Shown piece by piece: positions 18,428 to 28,806 of a DNA stretch of 64,000 bases. Source of the stretch: Kiritimatiellia bacterium (GTDB lineage Bacteria > Verrucomicrobiota > Kiritimatiellia > JAAZAB01); the NCBI GenBank assembly GCA_040767085.1, contig JAXGPF010000005.1, positions 224,001 to 288,000 on the forward strand, given 5' to 3'. The translations under genes and the position numbers were made by a program. The notes under the pieces are model-generated. The model worked only from the letters and a program-made list of their open reading frames with translations. It was not told where the DNA came from and did not search any database. Every line of letters begins with the position of its first letter. The stretch's first letter is position 1.

Positions 18428-19582
18428 ATGCCCGGAATTAACCAGCATCAACGATACTCGCGCCGCCGGTTTCTGGCCGGCTGCGGCGGCGCCCTGGGCG
18501 CCGCCGCGCTCTGGCCGGCCGGCGCGGCGCCGGAGCCGGCGCCGCCGAAAGGCCCCGGGGCCGGCATCCCGCCGGGTTTGCGCGCCGCGGAATTCTGGGA
18601 GCCCCTGGCGGACAACCGCGTCCGTTGCCGTTTGTGTCCCCGGGCCTGCACGATCGGCGACGGGCAACGCGGCTACTGCCGGACGCGCGAGAATCGCGGT
18701 GGAAAATATTACACACTGGTTTACGGCCAGGCTTGCGCGCGCAACGTTGATCCCATCGAAAAGAAACCGTTTTTCCATGTTTACCCCGGCAGCCGCGCCT
18801 ATTCCATCGCAACGGCGGGGTGCAATTTCGCCTGCCGGTTCTGCCAGAACTGGGACATCGCCCAGGCCGCGCCGGAAGATTTCCGGGTGGATTCCCACTC
18901 CCCCGCGGAAATTGCCCGGGCGGCGTCCGACGCCGGCTGCCGCACGCTGGCCTACACTTACAACGAGCCCACCGTGTTTTACGAATACCTCCGGGATTGC
19001 GCGCGCGCCGGCCGGGAAGGCGGCGTGGAGAGCGTGGTGGTCAGCAACGGCTACATCGAAGCAGCGCCCCTGGAAGCCCTGCTGCCGCTGCTGCGGGCGG
19101 TGAAAATTGACCTGAAGGCCTTCACCCAGAACTTTTACGGCCGCGTCTGCGACGGCGAACTGCGGCCGGTGCTGGAAACGCTGCGGCGTCTGCGCGGTGC
19201 GGGCATCTGGTTCGAAATCGTGGTGCTGATCATCCCGTCCCTGAACGATCAACCGGATGAAATCCGCCGGATGACCGAGTGGATTGTCCGGGAACTGGGG
19301 CCCGACGTGCCGGTGCATTTTTCCCGGTTTCACCCGACTTATAAAATGCGCAACATCCCGCCTACCCCGCCGGCGGTCTTGGAGGAATGCTGCAGGACGG
19401 CCCGCGAGCAAGGCTGCCGGTTCGTCTATATCGGCAATGTGCCCGGCGCGCCGGCCCAGGATACCGTCTGCCCCGGCTGCGGCAAAGTCCTGATCCGCCG
19501 CGCCGGTTACCACATTGCGGAAAACCATCTGGAGTCCGGCCGGTGCAGCGGCTGTCGCCGGCCAATCCCCGGAGTTTGGTAG
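18428..19582 (+). CDS. amrS: AmmeMemoRadiSam system radical SAM enzyme
   Basis: CRLCPRAC, DPIEKKP, GCNFACRFCQNW.I, YTYNEP, HFSRFHP, YIGNVPG, C-terminal Cys cluster; N-terminal SRRRFL. Confidence 0.9.
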   Translation: MPGINQHQRYSRRRFLAGCGGALGAAALWPAGAAPEPAPPKGPGAGIPPGLRAAEFWEPLADNRVRCRLCPRACTIGDGQRGYCRTRENRGGKYYTLVYGQACARNVDPIEKKPFFHVYPGSRAYSIATAGCNFACRFCQNWDIAQAAPEDFRVDSHSPAEIARAASDAGCRTLAYTYNEPTVFYEYLRDCARAGREGGVESVVVSNGYIEAAPLEALLPLLRAVKIDLKAFTQNFYGRVCDGELRPVLETLRRLRGAGIWFEIVVLIIPSLNDQPDEIRRMTEWIVRELGPDVPVHFSRFHPTYKMRNIPPTPPAVLEECCRTAREQGCRFVYIGNVPGAPAQDTVCPGCGKVLIRRAGYHIAENHLESGRCSGCRRPIPGVW

Positions 19583-19740
19583 TTGAAATCTGTTCCGACG
19601 TAAAACCTTAACACCCTAAAACCTTTAAAACCCGGGGGTTGGAATCTGTTCCGACGTAAAACCTTAACACCCTAAAACCTTTAAAACCCGGGGGTTGGAA
19701 TCTGTTCCGACTTAAAACCTTAACACCCTAAAACCTAAAA
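19582..19740. repeat. 56-bp tandem repeat, about 2.8 copies
   Basis: Unit GTTGGAATCTGTTCCGACGTAAAACCTTAACACCCTAAAACCTTTAAAACCCGGGG starting at 19582, 19638 and 19694. Confidence 0.95.
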
Positions 19741-19780
19741 CATTAAAAAAAACATTCGTTATGCAATCTGTTCCGGCAAC

Positions 19781-20989
19781 ATGAAAATCCTGATCATATC
19801 CAAACTGCTGCCTTCCACCACGGGTGTCAGCGGCGCCGCGATCGTTTATAACCGCATCCGCCACATTGCTTCCCTGGGATGGGAAGTGGATGTCCTGGCA
19901 TTTGCCCCGCCGGACGGCAGCGGCCAGGCGGAGGCGGCGCGCCTGCACGACCTGGTGCGCCGCCTGGAATTGCTGCCGGCGCCTGCCGGCGGATCGCTGG
20001 GTTGCGGCCGGCTGAATTACCTTTCGCGGGTGCCCTACCCCTTTTGCATGGCCAGTTCGCCGGCGATGGCGCTCCTGACCGGGGAGATGGTGCGCCGGGA
20101 GCGTTACCACGTGGTCCTCGCCGAATTCTCAGAAATGGGGCAATATCTTTTCGGCAATCCTCACCTCGGCGCCGTGCGCCGAATCGTTTCCTGCCACGAA
20201 TGCCGCACGGCCGCCTGGGCGCGCGCCATGCGCCTGCACCTCTGGCGCTACGACGGCGTGACGAAACGCCTGCATTTCAACCGGCTGCGGCGTTACGAAT
20301 TCGCCATGTACCGCAACATGGACCACGTACTGGCGCTGACTTCCCAGGAACGCCACGAGCTTTTGAAATACGCGCCCAACCTGCGGGTAGCCGTCGCGCC
20401 GCCGGGAATCAATCCTCCGCCGGCGCAGGACCGCCCGCTGCCGCCGGGCCGCTGCCTGCTGTTTATCGGGTGTTACGCCAACGAGGCGAATCGCGACGCC
20501 GTGCGCTGGTTTGCCCGCGCCGTCTGGCCGCTGCTCAAGACGCGCTATCCCGACCTGCTGTTTTACGTGGTCGGTTACGGCGCCACCCGCGATATCCGGG
20601 ATTTGGGCCGTCGGGACGCCTCCATCATCGTCACCGGCGCCGTGGACGACTGGCAACCATACCTGGCCAAGGCGCGGGTATTCGTCTGCCCATTCCGCAT
20701 GGGCGGCGGGTTCCACGTTAAAAACCTGGAAGCCATGGCGGCCGGCGTGCCGGTGGTCAGCACATCCATCGGCGCGGCCGGCATCCCGTCCTGGGACGGC
20801 GAAAGCATCCTGCTGGCCGATACCGCGCGCCAATTCGCCCGGTGCGTCAGCCTGCTGCTGGATGATCCGGGCGTTTGCCGCACCCTGGCGGCCAACGCGC
20901 GGAAACTGGTGGAGCACCGGTTTACCGGCGCCAATGAAAAAGCCGTGCTGGCGCAAGTTCTGGAGGAAGTCGCCGCCGGCTACGACTGA
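19781..20989 (+). CDS. Glycosyltransferase family 4
   Basis: MKILII, 'N.DAVRWF...VWP', 'KNLEAMAAGVPVVSTSIG'. Confidence 0.9.
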   Translation: MKILIISKLLPSTTGVSGAAIVYNRIRHIASLGWEVDVLAFAPPDGSGQAEAARLHDLVRRLELLPAPAGGSLGCGRLNYLSRVPYPFCMASSPAMALLTGEMVRRERYHVVLAEFSEMGQYLFGNPHLGAVRRIVSCHECRTAAWARAMRLHLWRYDGVTKRLHFNRLRRYEFAMYRNMDHVLALTSQERHELLKYAPNLRVAVAPPGINPPPAQDRPLPPGRCLLFIGCYANEANRDAVRWFARAVWPLLKTRYPDLLFYVVGYGATRDIRDLGRRDASIIVTGAVDDWQPYLAKARVFVCPFRMGGGFHVKNLEAMAAGVPVVSTSIGAAGIPSWDGESILLADTARQFARCVSLLLDDPGVCRTLAANARKLVEHRFTGANEKAVLAQVLEEVAAGYD

Positions 20990-22251
20990 CGCTGCCAGCG
21001 CGCGATAAACATGCCATTGCAGCTGCCTTCCCAGGGCCAAATCCAGATTCGTCCATCACATGCCTGGCCCGTCAGGGGGTGCGCTGCCGGTTGCAGATTG
21101 AAATCCGGCCGACGGCGCGCGAAAGCCGCGGCCGCGCCCGCGGTTTCAACGGCGGTCATGGTGCAAACGGCGTAAACCAGGCAGCCGCCCGGCCGCACTT
21201 TTTCCGCCGCCGCGGCCAGTAATCCAACCTGCCGGGCGGCCTGTTCCGTGACAGCGGACTCCGCCGCGCGCCAGCGGGCGTCGGGATTGCGATGCCATGT
21301 GCCCATCCCCGAACAAGGGGCATCCACCAGCACGCCGTCAAACAATCCTGGCGGCCGGCCGGCGGCCCCGCCTTGCCAGGGCCGGACATGGATAACGGCG
21401 GCCGCATGTTTCGCGCGCCGTCTCTGCAATTCCGCAAGCATGGCCGGCCGTGCATCGGTCGCCCAGATTTCTCCGGAGCCGGCCATCAAATCCGCCAGGT
21501 GCAACGTTTTGCCGCCGGCGCCTGCACAGGCATCCCACCAGCGTTCGCCTGGCCGCGGCGCGCAAACCAACCCCACCGCCTGGGAAGCCAGGTCCTGGAC
21601 TTCCCAATATCTGACATGGGCTGGATTAAAATCGGGCGGGCTGGCGGCGGGCAGGGCCGCGGCTTGCGCCAGCGCCGGGTGCGGCTGGGCCCCGGGCGGC
21701 CAGGCGGGCGGAGTTCCGTGGGCATGAACATCCCGGCGGACCCAGACTGCCGGCCGGGTCTGTAAAGCTTCCAAACAGGATTGCAGGTGGTTGTCCGCCG
21801 GCGTGGCCGCCGGATAATACAACTGCGGCACGGCCCATGGCGGAACCAGGGCCGGGAGCGCCGGCGTTTCAGCCAATTGCAGGTATGTCTGCAAACGCGC
21901 AGCGCGCTCCGCCAGCGGCAAGCCGGACAGCGGCTGGGGCGGCGGCAACCCCGCCCGTTCGGCCAGGCAATCCAATGCGGGATGCGGCGCCAGCCCATCC
22001 AGCATGCCGGCAGCCGCCAGGCCGGCGGCCGGCGGGATGGCCGCCGGCAACCAGCCGCGCCAGCGGTGCCAGGCGAAAATCATGCCGGTAAAAAAACGGC
22101 GGTCGCGTCCGCCGAACTCGCGATGTGCGCGGTAATGCCCGGCCAGGAACCGGTCGGCCGGCCGGCCGGCGGCCGTCTCGGCCAAAGCCAACTCCAGCAA
22201 CTGGGGCAGGTATTCCGCCTGGCGGCGCGCGGCATGTAGCGGGATTGGCAT
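20980..22251 (-). CDS. RsmB/NOP-family RNA m5C methyltransferase
   Basis: EVQDLASQ, DACAGAGGKT, VDAPCSG.G, LVYAVCT. Confidence 0.9.
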   Translation of the reverse strand: MPIPLHAARRQAEYLPQLLELALAETAAGRPADRFLAGHYRAHREFGGRDRRFFTGMIFAWHRWRGWLPAAIPPAAGLAAAGMLDGLAPHPALDCLAERAGLPPPQPLSGLPLAERAARLQTYLQLAETPALPALVPPWAVPQLYYPAATPADNHLQSCLEALQTRPAVWVRRDVHAHGTPPAWPPGAQPHPALAQAAALPAASPPDFNPAHVRYWEVQDLASQAVGLVCAPRPGERWWDACAGAGGKTLHLADLMAGSGEIWATDARPAMLAELQRRRAKHAAAVIHVRPWQGGAAGRPPGLFDGVLVDAPCSGMGTWHRNPDARWRAAESAVTEQAARQVGLLAAAAEKVRPGGCLVYAVCTMTAVETAGAAAAFARRRPDFNLQPAAHPLTGQACDGRIWIWPWEGSCNGMFIARWQRQS

Positions 22252-22259
22252 GGCATTGG

Positions 22260-25200
22260 CTAACGCCCGTAGCGGCGGCCATTCTGGGCCGGCCGGTCGC
22301 CGCGCAGGCAGGCCCGCTGCAAAACGCCGATGAACACGCTTTGCGGGCCCAGCAGGTCTTCCAGTTCCGCAATCAAACCGGCGGTGACGGAAACGCGATA
22401 GGCGCTGTCGGTATTCAGGAAGACCTCTTCGCCCTTGGGAAACTGCAGGCAAAAAACCGCCGGCGTATCGCCGGGATACCGCTGGAACAGGGTGCGGATC
22501 CGCTCCAGCATGTCATCCGACAAAACCGCGGCCGGCACATGCAGGCTGATGCGCTCGGTAAAAATCCGGGGCGCGCGTTCCAGCGGATAAACTTCGTATA
22601 TCTTCATTTTGACAGATTGTTCGCTGCGGGAAACCTCACCGCAAACCATCACCGCCGCCCCGGGCGTCAATTCCGCGCCGAATTCGGTCCAGGTATCCGG
22701 AAAGGCCACGGCTTCCAGCATGCCTTCGGTATCCTCAATCCGCGTCACGGCCATCTGGTCCTTGTTTTTCGTGATCTTTTTCTCCACCGCCGCCACCAGC
22801 CCGCCTACCCGCGTGACCATGCCGTTTTCCATTTCCGCCAATTCCGCGATCGTCGCCAGGCGGTAGCGTTTCAGCAGCGGTTCATACTGCGTGAGCGGAT
22901 GGCCGCTCATGTAGATTCCCAAAAGTTCCTTCTCCGCCGCCAGCAATTCGTTGTCCGGCCAGGGCGGGCAGTCCGGCAGGATATTCGCATCCTCCTCCGC
23001 GCTGTCATCCAGCATGGAAAACAGGGAAGCCTGCCCCATGCTCCGGTCCTTCAGGGTGGAGGCCGCCCGGCGCAGCGCCGGCTCGACCCCGGCAAACAGG
23101 CTGGCGCGATGACCGCCCAGGGAATCGAAGGCGCCGCAGCGCGCGAGGGTTTCCATCACCCGGCGGTTCAACACCCTGGGGTCCAGCCGCAGGCAGAAGT
23201 CCACCAGGTTTTTATAAACGCCGCCCTTTTCCCGTTCGGCGATGATGGCTTCTGACACGCCTTCGCCGACATTTTTCACGCCTGCCAGGCCGAAGCGGAT
23301 GTTTTTTTCGCCGGGCATGAAACGCACCTGGCTTTGATTGACGTCCGGCGGCAGAATCTCAAGCCCCATTTCGCGCGCTTCGTTGATGTACACCGGCAAC
23401 TTGTCGGCATTGCCGATTTCGCTGGAAATCAGGGCCGCCATGAACGCCTCCGGATAATGGGCTTTCAAGTAGGCAGTCTGATAGGCGATCACTCCGTAGC
23501 CGGCGCTGTGGGACTTGTTAAAGCCGTAGCCGGCGAACTTGGCGATGTTTTCGAAGATACGCTCGGCCTTTTTAGCCGGCATTTTACAGGTTTTCTGGCA
23601 GCCCTCGATGAAGCTCTGGCGCTGCTTCTCCATTTCCTCGGGCTTTTTCTTGCCCATCGCCCGGCGCAGGATGTCGCCCTGGCCGAGGGTATACCCCGCC
23701 AGTTTCTGGGCGGCCTGCTGTACCTGCTCCTGGTACAGCATGATGCCATAAGTTTCCGCCAGGATCGGTTCCAGCAGGGGATCGTCGTAAGCAATCTTCA
23801 CCTTGCCGGTTTTGCGGTCCACGTAATCGTCCAGCATGTTCATCGGACCGGGCCGGTAAAGGGCGATCATGGCGATCAAGTCCTCGATGCGGTCGAGGCT
23901 GATCCGGCGCACCAGGTCGCGCATGCCCTTGCTTTCCAGTTGGAACACGCCCACGGTGTCACCGCGTCGGAGCAGGGCATAGGTATCCGGATCGTCCATG
24001 GGGATGGCGTTGATATCCACATCTCCCCCGCCGGTCTTGCGGAGGAGCGCCAGGGTCTCCTCGATCACCGTCAGGGTTTTCAAGCCCAGGAAATCCGCCT
24101 TGAGCATGCCCAGGGCTTCCACGTGATCCTTGCTGTACTGCGTGACGACTTCCTTGCTCTCGTCCTTGTCCTTGCTCTTGCCCAGGGTCAGCGGCAGCAT
24201 GTCCACCAGCGGTTGTTCGGAAATCACCACGCCCGCGGCATGCACTCCGGCATTGCGGTAGAGGCCTTCCAGCACTCGGGCATACGGCAGAATCCGGCGC
24301 GCATGTTCATCGGATTCCGCCGCCTTGCGGAATTCCAGGCTGGTCTGCTCGGCCTTTTCCAGCGTCATTTCCAATTCTTCCGGCACCAGCTTGGCCAGGC
24401 GGTCGCAATCCGGCAGCGGCACCTGCAGCACGCGGCCGACATCGCGGATGACCGTTTTCGCGCCCAGCGAACCGAAGGTGATGATCTGCGCCACGTTATC
24501 GCGGCCGTATTTCTGCTTGACGTACTCGATTACCTCGCCCCGGCGGAACTGGCAGAAATCAATGTCAAAGTCCGGCGGGCTGATGCGTTCCGGATTGAGG
24601 AACCGCTCGAACACCAGGTTGTAACGCAGCGGATCGATCCCGGTAATACCCAGGATATAGGATACCAGGCTCCCGGCCCCGGAACCGCGGCCGGGGCCGA
24701 CGGGGATATTGCTTTCCCGGGCGAACCGGACAAAGTCCCACACCACCAGGAAGTAGCCCAAAAATCCGGTTTTTTCGATAACGCCGATCTCATAATCCAT
24801 GCGCTCGACGATTTGCCGTTCGCGGTCATCCCGCGGCTGGTCCGGGGTTGCCACCCCGTAACACCGGCGCAAGCCCTCGCGGCAAAGTTGCAGGAGGTAG
24901 GTTTTCTGGTCCAAGCCGTCCGGCGGACGGAAGACGGGGAAATGCAGGGATTTAAAATCCAACTCGACGTTACACCGATGGGCGATGTCCACGGTATTGG
25001 ACAGCGCTTCCGGTACTTCCCGGAACAACCTGGCCATGTCGGCGCCGGTTTTGAGGTAAAATTCCGGGGAAGCGTAACGCATGTGATTGGGGTCGGACAA
25101 TACCGCTCCCGTCTGAATGCACAGCAGGACTTCATGCGCCTCGGCATGCTCGCGCTTGAGATAATGCACGTCATTGGACGCCGCCAGGGGCAGGCCTGTG

Positions 25201-25796
25201 CGGCGCGCGATTTCCAGCAGCCCGGCGTTCACCTGCCGCTGTTCCGCGATGCCGTGATCCTGGAGTTCCAGGTAAAAATTATCCTTGCCGAAAATCTCGC
25301 TGTATTCTCCCGCCGTCCGCAAGCCTAATTCGACGCCGCCGCTGATGATATCCTCGGCAACCCGCCCTTTCAGGCAGGCGGACAGGGCGATCAGGCCCTT
25401 GGAATATTGCGCCAGGATTTCCCGATCAATGCGCGGCTTGTAGTAAAATCCTTCCAGGTGCGCCATTGTCACCAGGCGCATCAGGTTATGGTACCCGGTC
25501 TCGTCCGCCGCCAGCAGCACCAGGTGATAATTCGCCGACGAGGCGCCATCCTGCTTCCGGTCCAGCCGTCTGTTGGGCGCCTCGTAAACCTCGCAGCCGA
25601 TCAAGGGCTTGATTCCACGGGCGCGGGCTTCTTTGTAAAACTCTATCGCGCCGTACATTACACCGTGATCGGTTATCGCCACCGCCGGCTGGCCGGCCGC
25701 CTGCACGGCGTCCATCAACTGGTCAATCCGGCAGGCGCCATCCAGCAGGCTGTAGCTGGTATGCAGGTGCAAATGGACAAAATCATCGTGTTTCAT
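22260..25796 (-). CDS. dnaE: DNA polymerase III alpha subunit
   Basis: FVHLHLHTSYSLLDG (PHP), GPGRGSGAGS, FERFLNPER..PDFDIDF, FAGYGFNKSH, OB fold. Confidence 0.98.
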   Translation of the reverse strand: MKHDDFVHLHLHTSYSLLDGACRIDQLMDAVQAAGQPAVAITDHGVMYGAIEFYKEARARGIKPLIGCEVYEAPNRRLDRKQDGASSANYHLVLLAADETGYHNLMRLVTMAHLEGFYYKPRIDREILAQYSKGLIALSACLKGRVAEDIISGGVELGLRTAGEYSEIFGKDNFYLELQDHGIAEQRQVNAGLLEIARRTGLPLAASNDVHYLKREHAEAHEVLLCIQTGAVLSDPNHMRYASPEFYLKTGADMARLFREVPEALSNTVDIAHRCNVELDFKSLHFPVFRPPDGLDQKTYLLQLCREGLRRCYGVATPDQPRDDRERQIVERMDYEIGVIEKTGFLGYFLVVWDFVRFARESNIPVGPGRGSGAGSLVSYILGITGIDPLRYNLVFERFLNPERISPPDFDIDFCQFRRGEVIEYVKQKYGRDNVAQIITFGSLGAKTVIRDVGRVLQVPLPDCDRLAKLVPEELEMTLEKAEQTSLEFRKAAESDEHARRILPYARVLEGLYRNAGVHAAGVVISEQPLVDMLPLTLGKSKDKDESKEVVTQYSKDHVEALGMLKADFLGLKTLTVIEETLALLRKTGGGDVDINAIPMDDPDTYALLRRGDTVGVFQLESKGMRDLVRRISLDRIEDLIAMIALYRPGPMNMLDDYVDRKTGKVKIAYDDPLLEPILAETYGIMLYQEQVQQAAQKLAGYTLGQGDILRRAMGKKKPEEMEKQRQSFIEGCQKTCKMPAKKAERIFENIAKFAGYGFNKSHSAGYGVIAYQTAYLKAHYPEAFMAALISSEIGNADKLPVYINEAREMGLEILPPDVNQSQVRFMPGEKNIRFGLAGVKNVGEGVSEAIIAEREKGGVYKNLVDFCLRLDPRVLNRRVMETLARCGAFDSLGGHRASLFAGVEPALRRAASTLKDRSMGQASLFSMLDDSAEEDANILPDCPPWPDNELLAAEKELLGIYMSGHPLTQYEPLLKRYRLATIAELAEMENGMVTRVGGLVAAVEKKITKNKDQMAVTRIEDTEGMLEAVAFPDTWTEFGAELTPGAAVMVCGEVSRSEQSVKMKIYEVYPLERAPRIFTERISLHVPAAVLSDDMLERIRTLFQRYPGDTPAVFCLQFPKGEEVFLNTDSAYRVSVTAGLIAELEDLLGPQSVFIGVLQRACLRGDRPAQNGRRYGR

Positions 25797-25868
25797 AGGA
25801 GTTCCAAGATACGCAAAACAGGGGAAATGACAAGTCAATTCGCGCCGGCCCGGCCGCGGCGAGGGCGC

Positions 25869-26103
25869 CTGCGTCATTCTCAGAACAGACGGCTCGGTAC
25901 GGCTTGCCTTGGATAGCTTCAGCGAAGTCCGTCAAAGCCGGACGTAGCCCGCAGGGATATCTCGTCCAAGAAATGCGCCGAGGCGGTCAAGGGACTGACC
26001 GCCCTACCCATCCAATTACATCGGTAGGGCGGCCAGTCCCTTGGCGGCCTCCGATCCGGAACGGCGCGCAAGCCTCGGGATCGCGCCGCCGAGAATGACG
26101 CAG
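25869..26103. mobile_element. Second MITE-like cassette with the same terminal inverted repeat and a REP-like pair
   Basis: CTGCGTCATTCTC...GAGAATGACGCAG; inner GGGACTGACCGCCCTACC / GGTAGGGCGGCCAGTCCC. Confidence 0.7.
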
Positions 26104-26250
26104 CCGTGGCGCTGGTCGCATCTGCGATGCGTTACAGACAAGCCGGCGCCGGCAAGGCGAAGTGGAACTCAGAATTTTACCGCGAAGGTTTCGAAGGACG
26201 CGAAGGAAGAATGGTGATTTTTGCGGATTGTCAAATAATATTTTACGGCA

Positions 26251-27699
26251 TCACTCCACCGTCAGAGTGGTCCCTGAGAGCAGCAGTGTTCCATGAAGGT
26301 CCAGCACGCCGTCCTTCGGGTAATCCACGGCAAACCAGATGTTGTACACGCCCGGCGCCAGGACCAGGCCTTGTGCGATCGGCATCGGGGCGATATTAGC
26401 GAGCGGCCCCTGATGCACCGGCTGGATGTTCTGCAATTGCCCGTCGAACCCAACCCAGTTAAAGGTGCTGTTCAAATACAGCCAACTACCCGTATTCTGC
26501 GCCAGGGCCGCCACCCACCAATCAACGCCATATCCAACCCAGGCGTCCACATTCATCATCGCCAGGAAAATCGTCAACGGCACACCGTAAGCCGCCGCCG
26601 CGTTATCGCCCACCATGCCATTCACAATTACCAGCGGCCCGACCACGCCGGGGTACCCGGTGTCGTCCTCGCTGAATGCGCTCGATCCGGCGCTATTGAC
26701 GGCCTTGACCCAGTAGTAATAAGTCGTGTTCGGGGCAACGGCGCGATCATGGTAAATTAAAGACGGCAATTCCCCGCCGGACGATTCCCCGGCGGAATCC
26801 GATCCTGCCGCGGAGGCGCCCGGCGCGGCGGTCAAAGCCGGCCCGTCCGCATCAGCCGGCGCCGCCCGTAGTCCGGGCGCCGGGCAATCGGCCACCGCGC
26901 CCAGCAAAACCGCCGACGAGGCGTCATCAGCCGTGTTCCGCCAGACCTGGTATGATTCCGCGCCGGCGGACGCCTGCCATGACACTGAAACTTTATTGGT
27001 GTAGGCGCCGTCCGTGGCCGACACGCCCGCGGGCGCCGGCGGCGGGAGCGGCGGCGGCGCAAAAGCAAAATGCAAGGTGATGGTTCCCGTCACCCGGTCA
27101 TTGCGCTGCGATGTAACGGGCACCGAGGCGAATGAATTGCCCGTGATCGTAATCCGAAATGTTCGTTCACCCGCCTGGCCCGCAACCGGGTCATTCCGGG
27201 TTCCCGAGGGATTGGGCTGGTCCACCCACGAATCGAACAGGCCCGCCATGTAGGTGCTGCCGTTGTACAAATCGACATACGGCATCCCGAACATGTAACC
27301 GGAGCAGGCGGCGGACCATGTTGTGGTGAGCGTAAAAGCTTCCTCCGCGGCAACAGTGACATGCAAGGCATTGGTTGTGCCGGCCGGATTGAACACCGCC
27401 GAGGGCCGGGCGCCGGCGCCGATATTCCGCTGCTGGTCAAACGCCATCACCACCGTTTGCCCGTCGTTGCTGACAACCGACAGGGTCGAGACCACTTCTA
27501 CGGTACCCGTGCCGCTGGCAAAGGCCGTGGCCCCGGCGTAGGTGTCGCCGCTGTCGCCGGCATAATCCGCCGCGCCCGACTGGATTTCCTGCGCATGCAC
27601 GCCGGCGTGGACGCTCACCTTCACTACCGAGCCAGCTGTCGCTGCCGCCGCCAGCATGGCCAGCAATACCGCCCAGCTTACAGCAAGCATTGAACGCAT
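26251..27699 (-). CDS. Secreted protein with an Fn3-like domain and a C-terminal Ig-like domain
   Basis: Signal peptide, Pro linker, 'PAGVSATDG..KVSVSW...YQVWR...YYYWVKA'. Confidence 0.7.
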   Translation of the reverse strand: MRSMLAVSWAVLLAMLAAAATAGSVVKVSVHAGVHAQEIQSGAADYAGDSGDTYAGATAFASGTGTVEVVSTLSVVSNDGQTVVMAFDQQRNIGAGARPSAVFNPAGTTNALHVTVAAEEAFTLTTTWSAACSGYMFGMPYVDLYNGSTYMAGLFDSWVDQPNPSGTRNDPVAGQAGERTFRITITGNSFASVPVTSQRNDRVTGTITLHFAFAPPPLPPPAPAGVSATDGAYTNKVSVSWQASAGAESYQVWRNTADDASSAVLLGAVADCPAPGLRAAPADADGPALTAAPGASAAGSDSAGESSGGELPSLIYHDRAVAPNTTYYYWVKAVNSAGSSAFSEDDTGYPGVVGPLVIVNGMVGDNAAAAYGVPLTIFLAMMNVDAWVGYGVDWWVAALAQNTGSWLYLNSTFNWVGFDGQLQNIQPVHQGPLANIAPMPIAQGLVLAPGVYNIWFAVDYPKDGVLDLHGTLLLSGTTLTVE

Positions 27700-27933
27700 T
27701 TTACCGCCCTCCCGATTTACACAAGCAGTTAACCAAACGCATTCTTGCTACCCAAACGCCCTACAGGGCATAGCATAGCTGTTTTTCCCCGGCTGTCCAT
27801 TATAATTTTTCGAAATCGGCTGTGCGCTGATGCCGCGGATGTTTTATGATGGACTTGATCCAACGGCGGGCTTATATTTTACAGGCGAGTTGGATGACGT
27901 TCTACTGCCATCATTTTAGCACAGGAGCCGACC

Positions 27934-28716
27934 ATGCATTTTGGCGTATACGGAAAAGCGGCAATAGCCAAGGTTGCCGCGCGGGCAGGCTACGATTTCG
28001 CGGAAATGAGCGTGGCGGAACTGCTGAAACCGCTCGAGCCCGAACAGACATTCCTGACGTCGCTCGCAGCCTTGCATGACGCCGGGCTCCCCTGCCCCGC
28101 CGTCAACGGCTTCGTGCCGGCCAACCTGAAGATCACCGGACCGGATGTTGACATTCCAGCATTGCAGGCCTATGTCGCCACGGTGATGGGCCGGGCGGAA
28201 CGGGCCGGCGTCCAGATCGTTGTTTTCGGCTCGGGCGGCGCCCGGCGCATCCCGGACGGGTTTGACCGGCAAGCCGCGCATGCCCAACTGGCGGCGTTCT
28301 GCCGGATGGCGGCCCCGCTGGCGCGCGACCATGGCGTCACCATCGTGGTCGAGCCTTTAAATCGAGCGGAATGCAATGTCCTGACCACCCTGGCCGAGTG
28401 CGCCGCGCTGGTGGAGGCAGCGGAGCATCCGGCCATCCGGCTGATGGTGGATGCCTACCACCTGCTGCGCGACGGCGATGCCTTGGCGGATATCGTCACC
28501 TGCGGCAAACTGCTGGCGCACGCGCACATCGCCACCGTCCCGGGCCGCCTGGCGCCCGGCGCCGAGCCTTGCGATTTCTCCCGCTTCTTCCGCGCCCTGG
28601 CGGACGCGCATTACTCCGGCCGGATATCCATTGAAGGCAAACTCGCCGACCCGGCGGCGGAACTCCCCGCCGCCCTGGCGCTCATGCGCCGCCTGGCGAC
28701 CGCCCAACCGGCATGA
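27934..28716 (+). CDS. Sugar phosphate isomerase/epimerase (xylose isomerase-like TIM barrel)
   Basis: VFGSGGAR, EPLNR.E, DAYH, HAHIA, ISIE. Confidence 0.88.
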   Translation: MHFGVYGKAAIAKVAARAGYDFAEMSVAELLKPLEPEQTFLTSLAALHDAGLPCPAVNGFVPANLKITGPDVDIPALQAYVATVMGRAERAGVQIVVFGSGGARRIPDGFDRQAAHAQLAAFCRMAAPLARDHGVTIVVEPLNRAECNVLTTLAECAALVEAAEHPAIRLMVDAYHLLRDGDALADIVTCGKLLAHAHIATVPGRLAPGAEPCDFSRFFRALADAHYSGRISIEGKLADPAAELPAALALMRRLATAQPA

Positions 28717-28806
28717 ATTGACCACGGTCAGGCTGGCCGCATAAATGCCAGGCGACCTGCAAATTGACGAACTTATGAGCAGCTTGCGAAAGCCAGTCAT
28801 CAGCAG

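Noticed and set aside
19582-19740. CRISPR array
   Set aside because: Units are contiguous and near-identical with no unique spacers, and no cas genes are in the window.
22260-25796. Intein or split in DnaE
   Set aside because: Normal length (~1178 aa), continuous motifs, no intein C/HN splice signatures or LAGLIDADG blocks seen.
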